25,748 nt of DNA, from the IMG/VR virus record IMGVR_UViG_3300048080_000299, positions 1 through 25,748 of that record. The stretch is one strand, 5' to 3'. Every line of letters begins with the position of its first letter. Within the stretch, counting starts at the first letter, position 1. The position numbers and the translations under genes were made by a program. Under the pieces are notes generated by a model. The model was not told the origin of the DNA. It saw only the letters and a program-made list of their open reading frames with translations, and did no database searches. The stretch is from a virus. Taxonomy: Duplodnaviria; Caudoviricetes. Below are positions 16,162-22,727 of this stretch, one piece after another.

Positions 16162-18060
16162 ATGCTGCTCGGGCTCATGGCCGTCCCGACCGCCGACCTC
16201 CTCGAGCTCACGGACGCCCAGATCACCGGCTACGAGTGGAGCCTCGGGGACCGGAACGTCATCAACGTTGTCGAGTTCCGCTACGACTTCGACATCGCGG
16301 GCGCGACCGGACAGTTCGGGACGCGCGAAACCTACGAGCACGGGGGCGCATCGTCGGGCTCCATCGGGAAATACGGCCGCCGGCCGGCCCTCCTGATCGA
16401 GTCCCGCGGGATCAAGACCGCCCAGGGCGGCGCCGCCCTCGTGCTGAACCGCGCCCGGGGGGTGATCGACCGCTTCGCCGAGCCGCCCCTCGTCCTCCGG
16501 CTCGAGTGCTTCTACCAGAAGCACCTCCTGGAGGCCGGCGATCAGATCCGGGTGACGCACCCGAACTGCCCGAACCCCGTGACGGGACTGCTCGGCCTCG
16601 TGCGCGACCTCTTCGAGGTGGTGGACGTCACGCCCGATTTCGCCCGCGGCCGGATACGCCTGACCTGCCTCTTCCTCTCGGCCATCCCGCCACAGACGGC
16701 CCCGGTGTCCGGCGGCGTCATCAGCCTGCCCGCCGTCCAGCTGGACACTCAAGCCCCGGCGGTCCCCACGGGCCTCGCCGTCGCCACGACCTCCGAACTC
16801 CTCGCCGACGGCACCTTCATCGGGATCGCGGATGTGACCTGGACGGCCAACACCGAGGCGGACCTGAGCCACTACCGGCTCCGCTGGCGCCGGCAGGGCG
16901 CGGCGGCCTTTCAGGAGCTCACCGTGACGGCGGCGGCCTCGCCGCGACTGATCCTCCGGGAACTCTCCCCGAATACCATCTACGAGGTCCAGGTGGCGGC
17001 CGTGGACTTCTTCCTCAACGCCTCGGCCTTCACGGCGAGCGCGACGGGGACGACCCCGGCCGATCCTGGCATCCCCGCCGTCCCGACCGGGCTGGCCCTG
17101 ACGCCGTTCCCGCTGGCCGTGGTGCTCGCGTGGACTCGGAACGCGGAGTCGGACATCGCCTTCTACGAGCTCCAGCGGGCCGACGACGCGCCGTTCACGG
17201 TCAACGTCACCGTACGGAGCGTGGATGTGACCGCCTTCGTGGACAAGGTCGGCGACACCACGACCCGCTTCTACCGGGTGCGCGCCGTGCGCCGGACGGG
17301 GGCGACGTCCGCCTACTCGGCCTCCGTCTCCGGGGCTGGGACCCAGGTGGGGACGACCAACCTGGTTGATCTGGCCGTCACCACGGCGAAGATCGCGGAC
17401 CTCAACGTCGTCACCGCGAAGATCGCCGACCTGAACGTCACCACGGCGAAGATCGCGGCGCTGGCGGTGGATGCGGCCAAGATCGCCAACGCCACCATTA
17501 CGCAGGCGAAGATGGCGGCGGCCTCCATCGGAACCGCGGAGATCATCGACGGCAACATCACGACCGCCAAGATCGGAACCGCCCAGATCACCAGCGCCAA
17601 GATCGCCGCCTTGGCGGTGGGAACCGCGGAGATCGGCAACCTGACGGTGACGTCAGGAAAGATCGGCAACTTTGCGGTCACGGTCGTGGCGAGTGATTCG
17701 GTTGCCGGGCAAGTGACGCTCGCTACCGCCCCGTCATGGACGACCCTGAACACGGTGACGATCACTCCTGATAATACGGACTTCCCGGTTCAGCTAGATG
17801 GGCAGTTCCAGATTGACGCGCAAGGCTCCACCGGATCGACCGACGGATTGAAGTTCCGCCTCCTGATAGATGGGGCAGTTCTCTTCCCAGAACTTCTGAA
17901 GCTCACGAAGAATTTTACAGACGCCCGGAAGTTCACGTGGCAGGCGATCGATTTCCCCTCCGTCGCCAGCCATACCTACGATCTTCAGGGGAATACCGCT
18001 GATACCGGGACCGGTCTCATCAGTAACCGGAAAATGAGCGCTCACCAATCAAAGAAGTGA
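16162..18060 (+). CDS. Tail tip/central fibre: hub C-terminal part, two FN3 domains, 10-aa repeat stalk, putative receptor-binding C-terminus
   Basis: VINVVEFRYD, S.GKYG, LLEAGDQIRVT; FN3 motifs (PAVPTGL...W....E.DL..Y, L.PNTIYEVQVAAVD; FYRVRAV); (V/I)TTAKI repeats. Confidence 0.82.
   Translation: MLLGLMAVPTADLLELTDAQITGYEWSLGDRNVINVVEFRYDFDIAGATGQFGTRETYEHGGASSGSIGKYGRRPALLIESRGIKTAQGGAALVLNRARGVIDRFAEPPLVLRLECFYQKHLLEAGDQIRVTHPNCPNPVTGLLGLVRDLFEVVDVTPDFARGRIRLTCLFLSAIPPQTAPVSGGVISLPAVQLDTQAPAVPTGLAVATTSELLADGTFIGIADVTWTANTEADLSHYRLRWRRQGAAAFQELTVTAAASPRLILRELSPNTIYEVQVAAVDFFLNASAFTASATGTTPADPGIPAVPTGLALTPFPLAVVLAWTRNAESDIAFYELQRADDAPFTVNVTVRSVDVTAFVDKVGDTTTRFYRVRAVRRTGATSAYSASVSGAGTQVGTTNLVDLAVTTAKIADLNVVTAKIADLNVTTAKIAALAVDAAKIANATITQAKMAAASIGTAEIIDGNITTAKIGTAQITSAKIAALAVGTAEIGNLTVTSGKIGNFAVTVVASDSVAGQVTLATAPSWTTLNTVTITPDNTDFPVQLDGQFQIDAQGSTGSTDGLKFRLLIDGAVLFPELLKLTKNFTDARKFTWQAIDFPSVASHTYDLQGNTADTGTGLISNRKMSAHQSKK
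17347..17676 (+). repeat. Eleven tandem 30-bp (10-aa) degenerate repeats in the tail fibre stalk
   Basis: VGTTNLVDLA VTTAKIADLN VVTAKIADLN VTTAKIAALA VDAAKIANAT ITQAKMAAAS IGTAEIIDGN ITTAKIGTAQ ITSAKIAALA VGTAEIGNLT VTSGKIGNFA. Confidence 0.9.
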
Positions 18061-18077
18061 TGAGGGGAAAGATCGCC

Positions 18078-18323
18078 ATGAAAAGCCTTCTGCACGGGGT
18101 TCTGATCGCCTGGTTCCTCTGGTCCTTCGACGGGACCACCTACGTGCCCCGGGTTCCTGCCGTCAGTCCGGTGGGCCCGACGGGAGAGGTCCTGACCGAC
18201 GAGGACCAGCGGAGCGTCTGTCTGCACGCCGTCTCGATCCTGCGCGTGCGGCACGGCGTTCCGGCCTTTTGCGCCCAGAGCGCCGACCCGGCGACAGTCC
18301 TGGGCCGTGGAGGCAAGCCGTGA
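18078..18323 (+). CDS. Small exported/membrane-anchored protein with a Cys pair
   Basis: GAGGGG RBS; MKSLLHGVLIAWFLWSFDG hydrophobic N-terminus; C-x16-C. Confidence 0.6.
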   Translation: MKSLLHGVLIAWFLWSFDGTTYVPRVPAVSPVGPTGEVLTDEDQRSVCLHAVSILRVRHGVPAFCAQSADPATVLGRGGKP

Positions 18324-18499
18324 GGGCGCGCCGGACCGCCGTCATCCTCCTCTCCTGGTGGTTCCTCTACCTCCTCAGCCCTGACGGGCGGTGGCAACGT
18401 GAATTCGGGCCGATTGGCGATTCCGCCGCGTGCGAGCGGATCGCCCAGGCGCATCGAGAGAAGGGTCTGGAGGCCCGGTGCGTGGAGTTCCGGTTTTAG
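18320..18499 (+). CDS. Small exported/membrane-anchored protein with a Cys pair (59 aa)
   Basis: GGAGG RBS, GTGA overlap; AVILLSWWFLYLLSPDG; FGPIGDSAACE...C. Confidence 0.6.
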   Translation: MRARRTAVILLSWWFLYLLSPDGRWQREFGPIGDSAACERIAQAHREKGLEARCVEFRF

Positions 18500-18525
18500 G
18501 GGATTCCGATGGAGGGCGCGACGAC

Positions 18526-18828
18526 ATGAGCCGGCCCATGACATGCCTGCGCTGTCGCCGCGGCATTCGGGTTCCCGGTCGCTGGGCGCCCTATTGCGGA
18601 CGATTCTGCTTCCAGCTCGCCCGGGTAGAAGCCACCCCTCCCGCCTGCTTCAGGGGCACCATTCGACCGGGCACGACGCGCTGCCCGCGCTGCGGGGACC
18701 CCCTGGCGGAGGAGGGCGGCTTTCTCCATTGCCGGTACGGGTGTGGCCGGATCTGGGTGATCCCCGGCGCCTCCGTGGCCGCCCAGATCGAGTATGAGCG
18801 CCACGCCGGCGTGCAGGGGGCGGCCTGA
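18526..18828 (+). CDS. Cys-rich double zinc-finger protein (100 aa)
   Basis: GGAGG RBS; CLRC...YCGRFC and CPRC...CRYGC; stop overlaps the next start (TGATG). Confidence 0.6.
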   Translation: MSRPMTCLRCRRGIRVPGRWAPYCGRFCFQLARVEATPPACFRGTIRPGTTRCPRCGDPLAEEGGFLHCRYGCGRIWVIPGASVAAQIEYERHAGVQGAA

Positions 18829-19058
18829 TGGGGCCAACGGAAGTCGCGGGCATCGTGGCTCTTGCGATCGTAGTGGTCCGTGAGGCGTTCTCGATGGTCC
18901 GTGGACTGCACCAACGCCGGAATGGGAACAGTGACAGCCAGAGACTCAAGAGCATCGAAAGTGAAATCCTGCGTCTCCGTGACCGCACCCTCAAGACCGA
19001 CGAGACGGTCACAACGTTGAAAGCGTGGGTGGAGATGATCCGCGAACAGCGGCCGTAA
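18828..19058 (+). CDS. Putative holin-like protein (single N-terminal TM plus coiled coil)
   Basis: VAGIVALAIVVV hydrophobic segment, heptad-like tail; directly upstream of the endolysin. Confidence 0.5.
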   Translation: MGPTEVAGIVALAIVVVREAFSMVRGLHQRRNGNSDSQRLKSIESEILRLRDRTLKTDETVTTLKAWVEMIREQRP

Positions 19059-19062
19059 AGCT

Positions 19063-19617
19063 ATGACGATCTTTGAGCGCGCGGTCGCCGTCGTGCTCGA
19101 CCTCGAGGGCGGCGTCTCCGACGATCCGGCCGACCCGGGCGGGGCGACGCGGTACGGCGTGAGTCTCCGCTACGCCCTCTCCGTGGGCGATCGGGACCGG
19201 GACGGATGGGCGGAGTTCGACCTGGACCGGGACGGGGACGTGGACGCGGACGATATCCGGGCCCTCCCGCGGGAGCGGGCCGTGGCGGAATACGAGCGGG
19301 CCTTCTGGACTGCGTACCAGTGCGGGGAGTTCCCCTCCCGGCTGGGCGTGGCCCTGTTCGATGGGGTGGTCAACATGGGCCGCCCCGCCGTGCGGTGCTT
19401 GCAGGAGGCCTTGGGCGTCGAGCCGGATGGCACGGTAGGGCCCCGGACCCTCGAGGCTGGGCGGCAGGCCGTGGGGAGAGTGCTGGACGTGCTGGACGAC
19501 TACCTGGCGCGCCGAGCCGTTGTCTACGCGGGGCTCTCGACCTTCCCGCGCTTCGGCCGCGGCTGGATGCGCCGGCTCTTCATCGTCCACCGCGCCTGTC
19601 TGAGGCTCTGGACGTGA
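19063..19617 (+). CDS. Endolysin, glycoside hydrolase family 108 with C-terminal PG_binding_3-like segment and EF-hand-like insert
   Basis: LEGGVSDDPADPGGATRYGVS, FDGVVNMG, LQEALGVEPDGTVGPRT, FGRGWMRRL. Confidence 0.92.
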   Translation: MTIFERAVAVVLDLEGGVSDDPADPGGATRYGVSLRYALSVGDRDRDGWAEFDLDRDGDVDADDIRALPRERAVAEYERAFWTAYQCGEFPSRLGVALFDGVVNMGRPAVRCLQEALGVEPDGTVGPRTLEAGRQAVGRVLDVLDDYLARRAVVYAGLSTFPRFGRGWMRRLFIVHRACLRLWT

Positions 19618-19943
19618 TCCGTCTCGTCGCCCTCGTCCTCCTGCTCTCGACCGGCTGCGCTCTCGTCACGCGCCCCAGCGACCAGATCAGCGTCGAGCGC
19701 CAGAAGTTCATCAATGCCTACGCGAGGGTGCGCGTGCTTTACAGTGCCCTCGCGGATGGTGTGGCGCGTGAATGTGAAAGCGGTCGCCGGACCCGAGAGG
19801 ACTGCGCCGCCAAGGCGGCGATCCATCACGAGGCCAAGCAGTTGGACGCAGAGATTCAGGCGAAGATCGACACGCCCGAAAGTGAAGTGGATTGGGACCG
19901 CGTGATGAAGGTCCTCGAGCTGGGACTCTCGCTCGTCCTATGA
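19614..19943 (+). CDS. Lipoprotein, spanin candidate (109 aa)
   Basis: GTGA overlap with endolysin stop; signal IRLVALVLLLSTG-C lipobox; helical body; hydrophobic C-terminus VMKVLELGLSLVL. Confidence 0.7.
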   Translation: MIRLVALVLLLSTGCALVTRPSDQISVERQKFINAYARVRVLYSALADGVARECESGRRTREDCAAKAAIHHEAKQLDAEIQAKIDTPESEVDWDRVMKVLELGLSLVL

Positions 19944-20449
19944 GCCGCTTCGTCGAGCCCCACGACCAGCTTGATACTCGGGACCTCCCGGACGGCCGCG
20001 TGCAGCTGCTCGCGCCGCTCTGGTATCAGTCCGACCTTCTCGGCGGCCGCATCGTCAAATTGCGGGAGGGATTCGTTCACGACAAGGAATCGGTGCCCTG
20101 GTGGCTGCCGATCACCTACGTCTGGCTTGCGGTCAAACGGAAAGCGAGCCGAGCCGGCAGCGTGCACGACTGGCTCTATGCCGTCCAGAAGGTCGAGGAT
20201 CTTGAGGTCCCCCAGGAGCTCGCGGACGCCGTGTATCACGAGGCCGCGGCTTTCGATGGGAACGGTCGCGTTGTCCGCTGGGTGAAATGGGCGGGCGTGC
20301 GGATCGGTGGGGCAAGATCCTACAAGAGTGGCCCGACGCGCTTCCAGGTCAACGGGAACGATCGGCGGCGGAGGCAAGATCCTTGTCCAGTGGACCGACG
20401 GACGGCCGCCCCGATGCCTCGCCAGCTCGAGGAGCCCGAGGCCCCATGA
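19940..20449 (+). CDS. DUF1353-family protein
   Basis: ATGA overlap; GFVHD..SVP, AGSVHDWLY, ADAVYHEA, R....W.GVRIGG. Confidence 0.8.
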   Translation: MSRFVEPHDQLDTRDLPDGRVQLLAPLWYQSDLLGGRIVKLREGFVHDKESVPWWLPITYVWLAVKRKASRAGSVHDWLYAVQKVEDLEVPQELADAVYHEAAAFDGNGRVVRWVKWAGVRIGGARSYKSGPTRFQVNGNDRRRRQDPCPVDRRTAAPMPRQLEEPEAP

Positions 20450-20733
20450 CCGGCATCCGCCTGGGCGCCCGCTGCCCGACCTGCCAGGCCGACGCCTGGG
20501 TGGATCCCAATGCTGCCGCGGTTCGGTGGACCTGCGGGGATTGCGGGGTGCGCTGCCTCTGGGAGAATGGGGTCATGACGGCGGAACCCAGCCTGGAGGC
20601 TCTGACGGGCTCGGCCGACCGCCTGGCGCGGGAGCGCCTGGGGCCTCCAGGGTCCCAGGGGGAGGAACCTTCCGGGGCCATGAACCGAGCTTTCTGCGAG
20701 CTCCTTCACCGGGGCCGCTGCATGCCGGCGTGA
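20446..20733 (+). CDS. Zinc-ribbon hypothetical protein (95 aa)
   Basis: ATGA overlap; CPTC...WTCGDCG. Confidence 0.55.
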   Translation: MTGIRLGARCPTCQADAWVDPNAAAVRWTCGDCGVRCLWENGVMTAEPSLEALTGSADRLARERLGPPGSQGEEPSGAMNRAFCELLHRGRCMPA

Positions 20734-20767
20734 TGCTCCGAGGCTAGACCATGAACCGCGACGATAT

Positions 20768-21166
20768 TCAGAGTGGGGGACGGTATTGGATTTGGTCGGG
20801 TAAAACAAGGGCGAGTACGTCAAATCGGCCTGGGGGAGCAGTGGCATGCATTAATTTCCCGGTAGGGGAATATGAAGTTGTCCGTACCTCAACCCTGAGA
20901 AGTCCACCATCCTTCAAGACCGCAAGGTCGCAAGTCGCATTAGGGCTTACTGCCCTGAAGACTTCGAATCCTCGCCGGAGTAGATCTGCCGCCACGTTCA
21001 GTTCGCTGATTGCTCCGGTAGTTGCGGCTAGTAAACTAGACCTTGGGCCATTCATTTTTTCGTATCGTCTCCGGGCTCTCTTCTTAGCGCAAGGTCGTGA
21101 ACACGTTATGGCGTGGAATCTTGCCCTGTCTGATGGGATGGGTTGCTGGCATATTATGCAGGCCAT
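20768..21166 (-). CDS. PD-(D/E)XK endonuclease (homing-endonuclease-like) with N-terminal Zn finger
   Basis: CIIC...TCSRPC; GAISEL.VAADLLRRGFEVF, CDLAV, RVEVRT, FDVLALV; lower GC than flanks; alternative start 21187. Confidence 0.8.
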   Translation of the reverse strand: MACIICQQPIPSDRARFHAITCSRPCAKKRARRRYEKMNGPRSSLLAATTGAISELNVAADLLRRGFEVFRAVSPNATCDLAVLKDGGLLRVEVRTTSYSPTGKLMHATAPPGRFDVLALVLPDQIQYRPPL

Positions 21167-21172
21167 TAACTT

Positions 21173-21607
21173 ATGATAAAGCGTCATTTATGGCCACGTC
21201 AAGCATCTTCTCGCCGACTTCTCCGGTGGGGGGGCTATCTCTCCCTTACCCTCTTCCTCTTCGTCGGCGTAGAGGCCGCCCCGGACTGCTGGTCGGCCCT
21301 TGGCGTGGCCGTGCGCGTAATCGACGGAGACACCTTCATCGCCCGACTGAAGATCTGGCACGGGCTCGAAGTGCTTGAGCGGATTCGGCTGCTCGGGGTG
21401 GACACGCCAGAACGCACCGGACCCGAGGCAGCCCGGGCGCTTCAGGCCAAAGCGTTCACCGACCGCTGGCTCGGGCAGGAGCCTTTCGAGGTCCGCAGCT
21501 GCGCCCGGGATTCTTTCGGGCGGGCGCTGGCGACGGTCCGGCGCGGGGGAGAGGATTTAGCCGACAAGCTCCTGGAGGCGGGACTGGCAGTTCCCTTTAA
21601 AAAGTAG
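21173..21607 (+). CDS. Thermonuclease (SNase-like) with N-terminal signal/TM segment
   Basis: RVIDGDT, RIRLLGVDTPE, DSFGRALA, LLEAGLA. Confidence 0.92.
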   Translation: MIKRHLWPRQASSRRLLRWGGYLSLTLFLFVGVEAAPDCWSALGVAVRVIDGDTFIARLKIWHGLEVLERIRLLGVDTPERTGPEAARALQAKAFTDRWLGQEPFEVRSCARDSFGRALATVRRGGEDLADKLLEAGLAVPFKK

Positions 21608-21619
21608 GTGCGGCAGGGC

Positions 21620-21652
21620 GGAGAGGCTCCGGCGAGGCGCTAGGAGCCTTCC
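21620..21652. terminator. Hairpin between convergent transcription units (possible terminator)
   Basis: GGA-G-AGGCTCC / GGAGCCT-TCC stem; no immediately adjacent U-tract. Confidence 0.3.
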
Positions 21653-21707
21653 AGGCTGGACTTTTCGGGGGGGGCCGCTATCAGGGTATGGGGGGAAACG
21701 GCCGTTT

Positions 21708-21887
21708 TCAGGCACGGGCCTTCGGGAGCGCGATGAGACAGAGCACGGCGAACATCGGGGACAGGAGAAGCGAAACCAAGAACCAGCCCCACGTACTTCG
21801 GCCATTTTCGTCCGCCATCTGCCCCACGAAAATCGACGCCAGCAGATACCACAATCCAAATAGAACCAAGAGCTCTTGACCACCCAT
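21708..21887 (-). CDS. Small two-TM membrane protein downstream of the repressor (59 aa; not in ORF track)
   Basis: MGGQELLVLFGLWYLLASIFVGQMADENGRSTWGWFLVSLLLSPMFAVLCLIALPKARA; AAGGAG RBS; starts 3 nt after the repressor stop. Confidence 0.8.
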   Translation of the reverse strand: MGGQELLVLFGLWYLLASIFVGQMADENGRSTWGWFLVSLLLSPMFAVLCLIALPKARA

Positions 21888-21890
21888 CTT

Positions 21891-22478
21891 TCATGTCTCC
21901 TTGGTTGTTTCTTCTTGCGGAAATCCTAACTCAACCTGCAACCACTGGCTCAGGGTTTCCCGTTCTGATCGGCGCCCGAACTTCGGTCGAAGCCAGTGAT
22001 CCAGGCGGCGATCATAGATCTCCTTCCAATTGGCCTCGCTCCACTTCCCATGTACCTTCAGGACAATATCTGCCGCCGCCAGGACCGCCTCCCAGGCCAG
22101 CCGGGTCAGCCAAGCGTGGAGGTGATTCGTAGGTTCAATCACTTCAAGTTCGCGGAGTGCCTCCACTAACGCAGTGAAGGAGTGGGTCGCCTGCCATTCC
22201 TTGTCGAGCCAGAGCTGGAACTGCATGGGAACGGGCTCGCTCGGCTGGCGGCCGGTCAAAATCCAGTAAATCGACTTCCCCGTCAGAGCCTCTACGCGCT
22301 CGAGGACTTTCGGATCTGGAAGCCGCTGACCCTTCTCATATCGGTTCCACTGCGGTGCCTTCATCCCGAGCCGCTTGGCGAAGGCCGCCTGAGAAAGCGC
22401 ACCCCGTAGCGTCCGCAGGCGCTCCGGGACCCCAAGTATTGTAGATACCGGATCGGTTAATTTTCTGCTTGACATCAT
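21891..22478 (-). CDS. cI: XRE-family HTH phage repressor (cI-like), no S24 peptidase domain
   Basis: RLRTLRGALSQAAFAKRLGM....WNRYEKGQRLP...L......SIYWILTG; divergent from a cro-like gene; start (22478 or 22475) uncertain. Confidence 0.85.
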   Translation of the reverse strand: MMSSRKLTDPVSTILGVPERLRTLRGALSQAAFAKRLGMKAPQWNRYEKGQRLPDPKVLERVEALTGKSIYWILTGRQPSEPVPMQFQLWLDKEWQATHSFTALVEALRELEVIEPTNHLHAWLTRLAWEAVLAAADIVLKVHGKWSEANWKEIYDRRLDHWLRPKFGRRSERETLSQWLQVELGFPQEETTKET

Positions 22479-22525
22479 TAACCGGAGCGGCGTAGTCTGC
22501 TCACCGTAATGAATACCGTACCGGG
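22447..22525. promoter_or_regulatory. Three operator-like ACCG-N3-CGG(T/C/G) sites
   Basis: ACCGGATCGGT (22447), ACCGGAGCGGC (22481), ACCGTACCGGG (22515), each 34 bp apart. Confidence 0.65.
22469..22498 (+). promoter_or_regulatory. Early rightward promoter (PR-like)
   Basis: TTGACA (22469-22474), 18 bp, TAGTCT (22493-22498); cro ATG follows at 22509. Confidence 0.65.
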
Positions 22526-22727
22526 TATGCCGATACCGAAGAAGGAAGTCAAGCGCCGTCTGCGGCGGCTGGGGATCTCGCAGAACGAGCTGGCGCGGCG
22601 GATCGGGCGCCCTCCAGGGGTTGTGTCCCGCGTCATCAACCGAAAGTTCGCCTCGCGTCCGGTCTGGAGCCAGATTCAACGCTTCTTTGACGAACATTCT
22701 TCCCTCAGCCAACAGCAAGCATCATGA
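22509..22727 (+). CDS. cro: Cro-like HTH protein
   Basis: LRRLGISQNELARRIGRPPGVVSRVIN HTH; first gene of the rightward early operon. Confidence 0.8.
   Translation: MNTVPGMPIPKKEVKRRLRRLGISQNELARRIGRPPGVVSRVINRKFASRPVWSQIQRFFDEHSSLSQQQAS

Noticed and set aside
15397-16182. Self-splicing intron or T4 gene 60-style ribosomal bypass rejoining the hub halves
   Set aside because: The intervening DNA is fully occupied by a structural-type ORF; no group I/II core recognised; the gap (~700 nt) is far longer than known bypasses
2271-16226. Long minus-strand ORFs (e.g. 2271-3779, 4869-6431, 8569-10008, 14745-16226)
   Set aside because: Antisense shadows of GC3-rich real genes; no recognisable motifs
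17347-17676. CRISPR array or DGR template/variable repeat
   Set aside because: Repeats are in-frame, degenerate at third positions and lack spacers; no cas or reverse transcriptase gene in the window
20734-21190. Group I intron around the PD-(D/E)XK nuclease
   Set aside because: No non-coding room for a ribozyme core, and the flanking ORFs do not look like halves of one gene
21557-21894. Track ORFs 21557-21883 (CxxC-containing) and 21640-21894 on the minus strand
   Set aside because: The third frame (21708-21887) gives a coherent two-TM protein with an RBS; these two are likely off-frame readings
22479-22718. N-terminal extension of the repressor as given by the ORF track (start 22718)
   Set aside because: Overlaps the cro-like gene and PR; the HTH begins only downstream of 22478
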